Shown one piece after another: positions 16,244-29,159 of a DNA stretch of 64,000 bases. The stretch comes from Guillardia theta CCMP2712 (Eukaryota; Protista; Cryptophyta): positions 540,045-604,044 of the forward strand of contig NW_005434651.1 in assembly GCF_000315625.1 (NCBI RefSeq), in the 5' to 3' direction. Each line of letters starts with the position of its first letter. Positions within the stretch are counted from its first letter, which is position 1. The notes under the pieces were generated by a model, which was not told the DNA's origin, made no database searches, and worked only from the letters and a program-made list of their open reading frames with translations. Position numbers and translations under genes: made by a program.

Positions 16244-16412
16244 GAGTAAGAAGAACTAAGACGAGGCAAGCTTGTTCTTTTTGTACATAACAATCATATC
16301 AAAATGACAAAGGAGAATTTCTTTCAGGAATCGGAACGAGGGATGAGAGTTAGAGTGATGGGGGCGGAGGGGGGGTCAAGGCAACAAGCAGGAGGTGAAG
16401 ACTTTACTGTTT

Positions 16413-17489
16413 CTAAGTCTGTCCTATCTTGTTGATCACCGTTGCATGAAGCGCTGAAAGCTTTTCCCGCCACTGCCGCCAAGTCATTCCCCTCCTGCCT
16501 CCAGCTCCCTCCCTTCCAATCGCCTCCTCCTCCTCCACCACCACCACCTACACCACCACCTCCTCCTCCTTCTCCTCCTCCTTCCCGGCGCTTCGCTTGC
16601 CATCCCTTCACCTGGTCGAGCGCCTCGTACTTGCTCTTGGCATCATCTGCCGTATCCAAGACGAGCATGTGGTTGACCTGCATGCCATCCTTCAATTCGT
16701 CTTCCTCTGCTTCCCTTGCCTTCCCCTAGTCCGCCTTCCTACCCGTCCCCTCCTCCCCTACCCCCTGATCCCCTAGCCACCCGTCCCTTGCGCCTCTTCA
16801 GCGCTTCCTCTCTGTATCTTCAGCACCTGGTCAATCTTTGCGATGATCTTGCGATCGAGGATAAGCGACACGAGGAGAGCCTCAACGTCCGACTGCGAGA
16901 AACTTCGTGAGTGCCCTGCTCATTTTTTCCCTCCCCTCCCCTCCTCTCCCTTCTTTTCCTCTCCCCCCTCCCTGTTGCGCTCCTCTTACTTCAGGGATGT
17001 TGAGCTCAGCAGCGATCGACGGGATCTTGATCCTCGTGTACGGCTTGATGGTCTTGACAAGCACCTGCCGTTGAAGGAGACGAGAAGGAGCGCAAGGAGA
17101 GGAGAGGCAAGGAGAGGAGAAGTTGTTAGAGACGGACAGAGTTGCAGTCGTCTACTTGTCGACACAATCTCACCTGGGTTCTAATATTCTTCAAGAGATC
17201 TTGAATGTAATTCCGAATGAAAGGATCCTCCATGATCTTCTGCTCGTTCCAACAAACATGAGGGGCGCAAGACGGCAAGGAGGAGATGAGTTTCAAGTAG
17301 TGTTTCAGAGCAGAGAAGGAAGATAAGATGAAATGAAGCGAGAGGAAGGTGAGAAAGAGTCTTTTCCCAATATACCTTCTGGTTTCTCGACAAAATGTTT
17401 TCAAAGTTTTTGATCTCGTCCCGCTGATACGCCATCATCAAGTCGTTCATTGCTGTTATCTCGGGGTCTTGCTTGTAAGGTTTGACCTG

Positions 17490-17547
<58 letters not shown>

Positions 17548-19478
17548 TCCATGATTGTAACCGAGTCCTCTGTGCTCAACATTACCTCGGGAGCTTCAAA
17601 GATGTTGGCGTCTTCCATTGAGAGCATTTTTCCAAGGATGAGGTACTTGAGGCATTGAATGCGTTTCTTGCAGAAAATGTCAGGTCTCTCAAGAGAGACG
17701 AGATGAGATGAAAGAAAAGAGTATGAGAGAAAATGATATGAGATTGGAGATAGGAGATACGAGGAGAGGCAAGGATGTGATGTGATGTGATGTGATGTGA
17801 TGTGATGTGATGTGATGTGATGTGATGTGATGTGATGTGATGTGATGTGATGTGATGTGATGTGATGTGATGTGATGTGATGTGATGTGATGTGAGGGGA
17901 GGGGAGGGGAGGGGAGGGGAGAGGAGAGGAGAGGTTGGGATGGGAGGGGGTATGCCGTAAAGCAAGAGGCAACATAAGCTCGTGATTACCTGATTGCCAG
18001 CCTCATCGTAATTCTTGAAAGCATCAAACAAGCACTTGGAAGCAGAAGCTGAAAGCAACCACTCAACACAGAGAATCGTTCTCCTCTCCATCACCATCCC
18101 CTCTCCCTTCCCCATCCCCTCTCCCTTCCCCTCCTCCCTCCTCTCTCCTCCCTCCTCCCCTCCCAATCTTCGTGTCTTCCTCTCACCCCAATCTCGCTCC
18201 TGCATGTGCATCTTGCCGCCGCACTCATGGATCACTCCCATGATGAGGGGGTGGGGGATGGCGCTCTTGACCTGCCCCGGGCGTTCAGCCTCTTCCTCCT
18301 CCCCGGGCGTGCAGACGGACCTTCATCGCCTGCTCGTACGTCGATCGAAGTTTCTTGTTGTCCTTCTTCTCAGTGTGCATCTGAATCTCCAGGGAGTAGA
18401 GCTCCAGAAGCTGTCGTCTCAAGTCAGCTGGCTTCCAGCTCGCCTCCGTCTCCTCGCAGACCTGCGTCCCCTTCTTCTGATCGTCTTGACCAGCATCGGT
18501 CGTACATGATCGATGCAATTCCTTGAGAATTTTCTAAAACCCCCGCAATCAGCGACACCATCTTTCGATCTATCCTCCCAGAGAGCAACAAGAGCCAGGG
18601 AGCTACAAAGTCACTACTTGACAAGCTTTCCTCACCTGCAACCGATTGAACTCATGCTTATCAAACCACAGCTTCGCCAGTTTCATGTTGGTCTTGAACC
18701 ACAGGCGTTCATTAAGAGAGTCCTTGAGGGCCGTCAGGGTTGTGTCGTAGAAGGTTTCTAGGAAGTCCATGTCTGGTGATCCAGACACGAAGTCAACGAT
18801 CTTGGTCATGACCTGAAGACAAGTCAGCCATCGATGCAGCCCTCCCCTCCCACCTTCACCTTTTCGCTCTGATTCTTGGTCACCACGTGCAGGTACACAA
18901 GAAGCTCCTTGTATCTCTTCATCATCTCATCGTATCTCGACTGCCGGAACAGCGCCTTGACCATCTGCTTCAGGGCCTTGAACCCCCACTCTCCCTTGCT
19001 ATCTGATTGCATGTCCAACACTTTCTGAAACCCTTCAAGGGCCGACTGAAGCTGCCCGTCTTGTAGGTGGCCTGCTCATTGCGCCATGATCAGCCTTGCC
19101 CATGCACGCTCTACCTCCATCGCACCTTTCGCTGTGTAGTACTCATTCTCCATGTCCACCTGCCCGTCATCCTGTTCTTGGTCGGAGTCCTCGTAATCGA
19201 ACTCGTAGTCTTCGTCTTCCATCATGTCCTGCTCACATTTTAGTTCACATGGGTGACTTGACCTATCCTTTTCCTCCCTCTTCCCCCCCTCTTGCGCTCT
19301 TCCCTACCCGCGATCCTACTGGCTTGCCTTGCCACCCTCCCTCCCCCTCCCCACCACCACCACCACCACCACCATCTCCTCCTCTTCCCTCACACCCCAT
19401 ATCCAGTTCCTGGTCCTGGTCCTGGTCCTCGCCTCCCTCCTCTCCTCCCCTCCTCCCCTCCTCGCTTACGTCGCTCAT
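16413..19478 (-). CDS. CSN2: COP9 signalosome subunit 2
   Basis: [114 protein letters not shown] (PCI domain). Last exon [19 protein letters not shown]. Confidence 0.95.
17774..17895 (+). repeat. (TGATG)n pentamer microsatellite in a CSN2 intron; (CAT)n at 17490-17546
   Basis: Directly visible. The same pentamer recurs as (CATCA)n at 33807-33869. Confidence 0.95.
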
Positions 19479-19707
19479 GGTGGCGAAGCTTCTCCTGCTA
19501 CCTCCTAATCGCAACCCTCGCTAATGAGTACCCTACCCCTCAAGTTTTATACCCACCATATGAGAATTTGACACAAATCATTATATATAACCGGTACTTC
19601 ATACACAATTTTGTACCCCACCCCATCAAATATTCCATTATCTGCACCCTACCATGCAGTGATCCCGCACTTGATGCAGTCCGCCTCAGCGCCCTGGAAG
19701 ATCGATC

Positions 19708-20650
19708 ATGGCATTGCCGGGAGAACTCGGTTTGTCGCATGCCGCCGACTTGCGCTTCCTGGAGGAGCATCAGGGAGAGGAAGCTAGGACGAGGAAGCAG
19801 TACCACTCCTACTCCAGCTCCTCCTACTCCTTCTCCTCCACCTCCTGCTCCCAGGTTGACAGGGTCCGAGGATACACCTCGGGGGGGCTTGTAATTGTGA
19901 GTCCTGGGAAACAACGTCCTGGATCGAGCTGACATAGTCTCTGTGCGTGAAGGATACAAACCCTCTCGAGAAGTCAGGTGCTGTCTACCATACAGGAAGG
20001 AACGTCATGTATGCCCAACGAGCTTGCTAAAACCTCTTCGTGACTCGTTCCAGATGGCCGTCGAACTCGCTCCGAACGATACGGATGGAGGAGGAGGAGA
20101 GCTACACAGCAAGATCTTTGCCGTGAGTCATGTCGCTCATCAATGCCGGCCGTTGATGCATGATGGGCAGATATCGCTGCAGCGTTACCAAGGCAGTCTC
20201 CGATTTACCCGTGCTGCTTCCCAGCTGTTCAGCAAGTCAACTTACCTCAGTCCAGAGACATACACCAACGCATACAAGCTTCCCACCACAAGACGAGCAA
20301 AGGTGTTGTGACTGCGAATCATCTGCTATGCGTCTCTGATCGTGTCTTCTAGACGAGGGTTGCACTTCCAGGAACAGCAAAAGGAGGTGTGCATGCTTCT
20401 GTTTTGCATGACGCTCCCATCTCGCACATAATCGTTGGTGTATCCCTTGTCGAGACTCTTGACTTGATGAAGATGCATGAGCCAAGCCGACACCAGGAAG
20501 CTTCCAAGAACGCCAACAATACGTAAACACACTTCACATCTCACTGGGGTCTAAAATTCTGACATCCCTTCTTACGATCGTTTCACAGCACAACCGCCTC
20601 TATTTCAGGCGCTGAAAACAAAGGTCCTCTTGCTGTCACGATTCAGAGCA
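19708..20650 (+). CDS. Probable small multi-exon hypothetical gene
   Basis: Coding-like blocks bounded by GT..AG (e.g. MAVELAPNDTDGGGGELHSKIFA|ISLQRYQGSLRF). No recognisable domain, and the frame could not be fully resolved. Confidence 0.3.
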
Positions 20651-20740
20651 TGTCGCTGATGTGATTCGACGGATGCAGAAACAACCGCGATGGACCAGTC
20701 ACCCAAGAGATCGTTACAGGGATCGGGAATGCTCAGGTGT

Positions 20741-22430
20741 CTAGAAGAGTTTGTTTCTTGCTGTCATTGAAGGTGAAAACTTTCTCGTCAGCTCCTCGAG
20801 GCCCAAGAGCACGAGCTTCGGTGACTTCAGCTGCAAGGGACATCCAGTATCAGGACCAACGAGCAGGCTGCAGAATTGGGTGAGTTGTGATTTATGTAAC
20901 CGGGCGTGAATATCTGTAATACGAGTTTTCAATTCTGTTATGTGTTTAATGTTGTTTTTGTCACGTTGCACCATCTGATGATTCAAATTTCTAGGACATT
21001 CGGCTCAGCTCTCCAATGAGAGAAAAAATGTATGGTTTCGCTTCGATTCTTTGGAAAGGTATTTGATTCTTTCGTCTTCGCAGGAAAATCTTGGGGGGCC
21101 CGAGTGATCTGCTCTATCTCGATAGGATGAGGTTGTATCGATCGCACCATGCCTAGTGATGTCGAGCGACTTCTCTCGGCGAACTCTTGTCTTGACAGCC
21201 AGCAAATCCTCATTGTTATGTACACCTTGAAAGAAATAGTAGCATCCAACTTGTTCGGGTCATGACTTTCCGCCCACCTAACAGCAGAAACCTCACAAAC
21301 GTCAAGCTCGGGTTGCTTCAACCTGCTCGATGAACAACATGCACTCATTCTGCCCTGTCATCGCTGCGGCGTCATAGGGCGTCTCGCCATCTTCATCTTC
21401 TATCTTGACTTCAGCCCCGAGTTTCTGGAGACATTGTCAATCTCCTTCCGTTCGACATGCCTCGCCTTACATGAAGAAGCTTAACACAATCGATTTTCCC
21501 AGTGTTCTGCAAATCAGAGTCACTCCTCTAAAGAGCTAATGAAGCTTCCCCGATGTCACTCACAGCAGCCGCAAAGATGGGCGTCCTCCCATCAATATCC
21601 TTCTCGTTGACGTTTCCTCCTCTTTCCTACAGACAGGCAAGTGTCACCCGCACTCGCTACCACCATCCATCCTCTCTGCACCGCAAGCAACGAGATCGTC
21701 TCCGCCATTCCATGGTAGGCGGCCATGAACATAGCGGTGTCCCCGCTCTCGATCTTGTAGTGCACATCCGCGCCAGCATCCAGCAGGATCTTCACACATT
21801 CAAGGCTGCCTCCTTCAATCGCTCCAATCAGCGGCGTCAGACTGTTTGCATTCGAAATGTCCGGGTTCCCTCCCTGAGCAAGGATGGCTCGCAAGCAGTC
21901 CACGTGCCCTCGCCTGGCAGCCTCGTACGCAAGGCTACTTCCTGCTGGGCTCAAGCAGGACAGCAGCTTCTTATCAGTGAGATGCTGTCCAAAGCTACTC
22001 ACATCCCCTGACTCAACGGCAGCAAAGAGAGCAGGCAGGTTCTCCTCCGCGCTCCTGGTCAGGCCGACCCTGTTACCGTTTCTCCGCAGCACAAGTTCAC
22101 GACGACATGTTAGCGTACCTCTGATCATCAAGCTTCAGGGTTTCTAGGGAGCTGGATGCATCTGATGGTGTAATGTATTAGCTGCAGACAATGCACAAGG
22201 ATAGAAGACCGTCAACAGTTGGTTGTTGCACAACTTCAGCCTGCGGATGTGAATCGACGGCCATCGCATCTTCTTGCTCGATCTTAGAATTTCCTTGCAC
22301 AAGACTCTCAAACATGCCCCAAACATTCTTCACAAGCTCCATCGTATCCTGCAACAAACAAGAGCATCACGGACTCGAAGCCAGGCATCGTTCCCATGGA
22401 CAATCCTCTTTTGTAGCTAGTCGGGCCATG
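20741..22430 (-). CDS. Ankyrin-repeat protein with C-terminal coiled-coil-like region, multi-exon
   Basis: GSSLAYEAARRGHVDCLRAIL, LTPLIGAIEGGSLECVKILLDAGADV, GDTAMFMAAYHG, DIDGRTPIFAAA. Confidence 0.8.
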
Positions 22431-22457
22431 GACAATCCTCTTTTGTAGCTAGTCGGG
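22394..22457 (+). repeat. Perfect 32-bp tandem duplication CCATGGACAATCCTCTTTTGTAGCTAGTCGGG
   Basis: Two adjacent identical copies (22394-22425, 22426-22457). Confidence 0.95.
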
Positions 22458-22779
22458 TTGACCATTCATCAAGCAAGTCGACCTCCATTCAAATGAATAC
22501 ACCGCTAACCCGCTTCATGTTACTTTCAACTTGCATATAGATTCTAGAATTGAATTGATCCTCGATGATGTATCAGGATAAGACTTGTGGTTTCATCTTT
22601 GCGGATTCGAGTCCCCTCAAAATGGAATGGTGCAAGCTATTCCTCAGGTCGAATTTTGCTGTTTCAATCTCCATCTCTCCGCTCCTGCCTCTATCTGCTA
22701 TCTCCCGTACAGGTTTCCTCTCCTCCATATCCCCTCTCTCCCTCGCCCTCCCTGCCATTATCTACTACTGCAATGATTT

Positions 22780-23660
22780 TCACCCACCCTACCAACAAAA
22801 CGGTCACATCTTTCTTCACCCTACCCCCTCCTTAAACACCCATCAATTCAATGCTACCTACCCCTGCTCAGAGCGGAAGTCACTTGGTGTTGCCCAAGAG
22901 TACCCTACCCTATATCCAACCACCACCCCACAACCCCTTGAATTTACTACTCTACCCACACGCCTTTCCCAAGATACCCCCATCATCGATCCCCGACAGT
23001 CACTACTATCACCCCCAGTATTCACTACCCCACCTCCTTTTTCAGTTATTTGACTATCTAAAGTACCCCCTTTTGAATAGTCTCACAACATACCCCCCTC
23101 CCCTTGCTCTCAGAAATACTTTACTTGACTCCCCAGCAAAATTTACCCAGCCAGATCTGCACTTCCTACGATTACCCGTACTAATCTAGTGAAATACACC
23201 CCTACTTTGTCATCATCACTGACCCCCACCCCCCTCCCTGCACCCGTCAACCTCGGAGTTTGCTCTATCTCCTTTTCATCCATGATCTGTCTGAGGCGGG
23301 CTTCTATGGTCAGTATAAAACTGATTTTAGAGTTAGTCGTCGGCACCCGGCGAGTCCGACCGGAGGTTCCCCGGACGGGCCGAACCCCAATTTGACCAAC
23401 GAATTCGTTCTGCAGGAAGTTTTGACTGAAATTTCAATTTATCGAGACTAAATTTCTGAAATCTTCCAGCATTTACCTCTTTGAGTCTGGCAAGTGAACA
23501 TCGGATTTTCCTAGTACATGTTGCCCCAGTACCCCTTGAACTCAGAAGAGACCCCACTTGATCCCACCCATTTAATCAGAAGCATACCCGTACTTGCTGA
23601 ACCCTACCCCCCTTATTTCTGAAATCAAGTCCCCCCACCCCCTTTTGCTCTCACAACCGA
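22780..23660. promoter_or_regulatory. ACCCC/TACCC-studded non-coding tract between the divergent ankyrin and CFAP45 genes
   Basis: Roughly 25 ACCC(C) words, nearly all on the + strand, separated by unrelated spacers. Confidence 0.55.
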
Positions 23661-24430
23661 TTAATAAAAAAAAGGTCTGCCGTTTGAAGCTGCGCGACAA
23701 CGATGAAACGAGAGTAGAGAGGAGGGGAGGGGAGGGGAGGGGAGGGGAGAGAGGAGAGGGGAGGGGAGAGAGGAGGGGAGAGAGGAGGGGAGAGAGGAGG
23801 GAGATGTTCAGGAACTTCCGAAAGGAGTGTTGGAGGTGAACTGAGCAGGTGGCTGAGAGACCAGACGTCGAAGGGTTGTTGTAAGTGTAGTATACAGTGG
23901 GCAGCACCACAGAAGGAATATAGCTTATCAAACTGTCCAGCAGCACAACAGGATTCTAGTTAAACAAACCAGCTGAGAGTGAAGTACAGAGGAACGCGAT
24001 AGCTCTTCTTGTGGATTTACATTCAACGCAGGCCACCGAACAATGACGACGAGGGCAGATGATAGATAGGAAAGGGAACAAGATGATGAAAGAATTAGGT
24101 GGAGCATCGATAGAGCATCGATGGTGATGCAGAGATGAAAAAAACACAACGCTAGTCCAGAGCAACTAGCAACTAGCAAGCACTCTTTTGTATGTTGATG
24201 AAAGGAGTCGGACAGGAAGGATCTGAACAGTTGTGAAGAATTGGGCAAGAAATGATACGTGATCGTGTGCAGAATTATGACTTTGTTGAGGAAATATGTA
24301 TTTGTTTTACCTCACTTCTTCTCCTTGCAGAAACCCATCTTTGATCAAGTGTCTTCAGATCAGTTCTTAGGTGAAATCCACTTCGTTCTTGTACAGCACC
24401 ACCACCGCGAGCAAAGAGGCAGCCAAGACG

Positions 24431-26575
24431 ATGGATCATACCAGGCTCTCTCAGCGATCAGTGTCCTCTGCCGGATCAGGCAATTCAAACGCGACGGCTT
24501 CCTCACGGTCGCTGGGCAAGTACAAGAGGGTAAGTGGGAACGGCGGAGTAGATGAATCACTCTTTGGGCCAACAAGCGACAGATCTGCACGGCCATCAGA
24601 GAACAGGGCCACGAGATCACAGAAGACCGTGCGCAAGCTCGAGAAGAACGAGAAGGTGGAGATGGACTCTGTCGTCATCACCCAGGACGAGATGGATCGA
24701 ATCAGAAGAGCGGCTCGTGCTGAAACCTTGAATCAAGCTGAGAGTCGTCGGCGGGAGGAACAAGAGATGCGAGCGGCTGCGCAGGCCAAGGCGAAGGAGA
24801 GGAAGGAGAGGATGCTGGCGATGGAGGCGAGCAGGAAGGCCCACTTGGAGAAGTCAGACTTGGAGCTCGAAGACGAGGAGCTGGCGGCGATGTTGCACTC
24901 GAATGCCGAGAAGGCGAAACTGGAGCAGAGTGATGCTGTGAAGCAAATGAATCAGATGACTCTGTACGCCAAATGCGTGACGATCCGAGACGCTCAGGTT
25001 CTTTTGCTCTTTGAGTGATCCCGTGCGGTCTGTGACGGACCTTTCGCAGTTGCTGGAGAAGCAGATGATAATCAAGGATCAGCAGGAGCAAGAGAGAGAA
25101 TTCGAGAGAAAGATTGAAGCCGAGAGAAACAAGGCGATCAGGTGACTTGTGCTTGTTATGTGGTTGGTCAGCTAACAGGACTTGCCCGCAGGTTGGCTGA
25201 AGAGCGCGAAGTGCAGAAGAAGCAGGAGCGGTTGCGCGGCGCTCAGATCATTCAAACTCAGATCCAGCAGCGAGAGCAGGAGAGGATCAGGGAGATGGAA
25301 CAACTGGACATGGAGAGAGAAGCCATGCTCAAGAAAGCTGAAGAGATCAGACAGCAAGAGATGGAGCGAGAGGCTGAGCGCAAGCGAGCGGCGCAAGAAA
25401 TGCTGGCCGAAGCTGCTCAAGCCAACAAGGAGCAGCTGGAGAGGAAGCGACAGATGAAGCAGGCTCAGGAGGAGGAGGAGATGAGGATAGCGGCATACAT
25501 CGCTGAAAGGGATAGAAAGTGAGCTTGCTACATGCAGTACCTGACAGCTCCCTGACACATCCTGGCAGAGAGCAAGAGAGGCAAGAAGAGCTCGAGGCTG
25601 AGCACAGAAGGAAAGCAGAGGAGGTGGCAAGGCTTCGGGCGATGCAGGAGAAGCAGAACGACAGGGCTGCTGAGATGGACGCTCTCCGTGCTAAGCGCGC
25701 GGCGGAGGATTATGAGCGCTCATGGCGCGAGAGGGTAAACAAGTTCCTCTTCTTCCGGCAGGAAACCTTGACGCGAGTGATCTCGGCAGGAACGAGCTGA
25801 GGCGGCCAGGAAGCAGCAGCAGCTCGAGGATATCCAGCGATCGAGGGATGAGATGCAGAGGCAGAAACAGGCTGTCATGTCTCAGGCCGCCCAGATGGAG
25901 AAGGAGCAGTTCCAGAAGATCCTCCACGTGCAGAAGACGGCTGAGGCTCAGTTGCTTGCCAAGGAGCGACAGCGGAGGGAAGAGAACTTGGCCCACAATG
26001 CCGCGTTACGCATGCAGGCAAGACGTTGTGGTTGTGGAGGAGTTGGAGGGGAGAGATGGAGAGAGAGAGAACGTTGACTGAGGAGGAGGAGGAGGAGGTG
26101 GTGGTAGTGGAGGAGGAGGAGGAGGAGGAGGAGGAGGAGGAGAAGGATCTGACAAGACTGCTTAGATTGCTGAGAACATGGAGAAGAAGGCGAGGCAGAG
26201 GCAGGAATTCCTGGACGAGGGTGCTAAGGTCAGCAGCTCTTCCTGCTCCTGCTCCTGCTCCTCTTCCTGATCCTGATCCCCCCGCCCCCCCCCTCTCCTC
26301 CTCTCCCTCCTCTGATCTTGCGGCAGGTCCGATATGAGATTGAGAAGGAGCGCATGAGAATAGAGAAGATCAAGCAGAACAAGATCAAAGACCTCAAGAC
26401 CCTCGGAGTCCCTGACAAGGTAACGACCAATCTCCTCCCTCCTTCTCTGACCCATCCGGCTTCTTGTACCTCTATCTTCTCAGCCCTCTCATTCTTCTCC
26501 TCACTATTCTCCCCGGCTAACTTGAGCCTGCAGTACCTTGCGCAGCTCCAGAACGTCAAAGTCAATGTATCCTAG
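24431..26575 (+). CDS. CFAP45: Cilia- and flagella-associated protein 45 (CCDC19), TPH coiled-coil
   Basis: VDESLFG, KERKERMLAMEASRK, SDLE, DAVKQMNQMTLYAKCVTIRDAQ, EVARLRAMQEKQNDRAAEMDALRAKRA, IKQNKIKDLKTLGVPDK|YLAQL. Confidence 0.9.
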
Positions 26576-26775
26576 ATTTTTGATTGAATTCTCAGCCTAT
26601 GCCTTCTACTCCCTCACCACATTCTGTGCACCCAGCAAGATTCTCTCAACATCGATACAAGTACTCCTCTCTTGATTGTCAGAGAGTTTCATTCCAATTA
26701 GAGGTTATTGATTTTTTCCAAAATTAACATTACAAAGAAATCATTGTTCGCTTATCAATCGGTGGTTAATCTACA

Positions 26776-27390
26776 TCATCGTGATTCGACGTGACATAGC
26801 GCTTCTTGCAGCAACGAATCGAGCTCCAGCGTGTTCAACCCAAAACTAAAATCTGCTACTGCCACCCCCATGCTCTGTTTCCTGCCTCCTTCCGGCGCGA
26901 CCATGGTCGTGCTAGCTGCTACTTGCCCCCCGCTGGGATTTGGTGAACTCGATCTTTTCACGTCAAAGAAGGCTAACAAATCGTCGCTGGCGTTCTTGAC
27001 ATTCGTCTGCTGCTCTACACAGTGAGCTCGGAGGTACGGCCACTTGGGTACTCCGAGCCTCCTGCACGCTGCCTTCAATGCTGTTAGCGAGATCCCCTGC
27101 TCCAATGGTCAGGAATTTCTCAGCAAAACTCCACCACCATGCTCACCAGATGTCTCGCTGCGTCCCCCTGCCTAAGACTGAACAGCGAGACGATGTCGCT
27201 CTCCGTCAGTGTGATTGCGTCCTTCGCTGTAGTGCTTGCTCCAAACTCTCCTGCCTTCCTTCTTGGTACGATCCTTGTTTCTCTGGGAGGGATCATGTTC
27301 GTTGTTGGGTACACTTCTTTCTTCAATGCAGTCTGTACACCAGGTGAGTCAGGCACGAGGCTCAGCCGCAGCCGGTTCAGTCGTTGACAT
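26776..27390 (-). CDS. RWP-RK domain transcription factor
   Basis: ITLTESDIVSLFSLRQGDAARHL|GISLTALKAACRRLGVPKWPY, preceded by IVPRRKAG. Start uncertain. Confidence 0.88.
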
Positions 27391-27869
27391 GAGGAAGCTA
27401 GCAGAGCAAAGGACAACATAAACTCCTCAAGATATGAAGGGAGCAGCAATTCTAGCAGGGAAATGCGGATGCGGATGCGCAGCTGTGGAGATTGCGTATC
27501 TCAGAGGCTCTTAGCAGCATGCTGATATACAATGAAGGAAGGGATGGAGAAAAGTAGCAAGTGCTCATCGTTAGGAAATAAATGGGACGAGCAAACAATT
27601 GTAGGAGCTAGAGGTGGGTGGGTTAGATAGGTTCGGTATGTTATAGTCATGCCAATCGCCCAGTGAGAGTTAGGAGCAGGAGAACACAAGTGAACAAGTT
27701 TGATTCCCGAGAGAACAAGAGGGGCAAGGACGAAGGATAGCTTCAAGGGAAAGAAGGGAAGGAAGAGGAGGAGATGAAGGAGGAGCTGGAGGTAAAGGAG
27801 CTAAATTATTTCGAGCAGCTCATGGTACAGTGGAGAGCGGCAGGGGGAAAGAGGCTGAAGCTCAACTGA

Positions 27870-28820
27870 GCTGCCGCGTACCCCCTAATATCTCAGTTAA
27901 ATTGGGGGTAGGTGGTGTTGCGGGGTTATTCAGCTGTGGCATATCTCTTCGGACTGCCCCAGATACGGAGGGGTAGGGTAGTCCGATACATCGATTTCTA
28001 CCCTACCTTGACACTAGATAATTGATGATCTATGGGGGTAGTGGTCCTATCGGAACAGATTGCAAATGATAGTTCACGTGGTGCGGGGTGGGGTGAAACA
28101 ATGATTTATTAACACCCCTACGCTTTCCCAGCTGAAGGAGGAAAACGAAGGGTGGGGTGCTTTAAACAAGCTGTCAGCATCGGGGTCCAGAAACGTTGCC
28201 GTTTTGTTGTAAACTAATACTTAAAATTGGGGGACGCAAGGGCATTGTAACTGGAGGAAAAGTTTGTGGGGTAGGGGGTGGTTAGTCCCAATTTTTACCC
28301 CTTGTTCACATATGATCTATCAGGGGTACATTGGTACTTGGGTCCATAGAGTTAAATGCTTTTCCTCGGGTGGGGTGCTTTGGAGAAAGAAACAACCTTT
28401 GGCGTAAGACTGAGGTAAGCTTGACAACGTTTGAATGTTTTTATTTGTTGACTCAACTTGGAATGGGTTCAGTGGAGTAACGAGGGGTGGATCTCCATGG
28501 GGGGTAGTATTGACTGAAGTCTGAAGCCTGGTACATCAAGGCCAAAATGAGGGGTAGTTCTTATTCGACCGGTGCACGGAGCTGGAGTTGAATCGCTTCG
28601 CTTTAAAAATGAAAAAATGCTTTTTCGTCACGCTTGGATTTCACCTGGCCCAAGGGGGTGCTCTCTCATACCGAAAATGGGGGTAGTTGGCATCGAGCAA
28701 TGCCTTTCACCCTCCTTTATCCCATCATTTGATAGGGTCTGAGTCTGTCCAGTTTTTTATCATCTGGGTAGGGTCCTATCGGTGCATCGAAAATGGCTGG
28801 TCACAGGGGTGGTCCCCGCA
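27870..28820. promoter_or_regulatory. GGGGT-studded non-coding tract upstream of the RWP-RK gene and the divergent hypothetical gene
   Basis: More than 20 GGGGT/GGGT/ACCCC words in ~950 bp. No ORF of 60 aa or more over most of the tract. Confidence 0.55.
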
Positions 28821-29159
28821 CACGTCAGCGCTGACCAGGTAGGTTTCTCAGAACGTTGTGTTTTTTCCTTCCGATTATTCCGATGGGAAACCGCAACGTT
28901 TGGTCGACAGGGATTGGCAGCCGTTGTGTCACAGCGGGCTGTATGAGTCGGTTTCAGTACTCCTGGGACCTTCGGATCTCGACCCGGGGCCTGACCCGGG
29001 GCCCGGACTGAGCAGTTGTGAGGGGATGAGGGTGGATTGCGGTAATTCTGTCGTCGGGCTATGGCGCACAAGAGCAGAAGAGGGCAGGTAATGCTGAAGA
29101 GAGAGGAACGACAATGAAGCGGTTGTTCGATGGAACAATGAAACAGTAGAACCATTGAA

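Noticed and set aside
27870-28820. Telomeric repeat or rRNA/tRNA gene
   Set aside because: The G-rich words are dispersed with unique spacers rather than tandem, and no recognisable rRNA or tRNA sequence was seen anywhere in the window.
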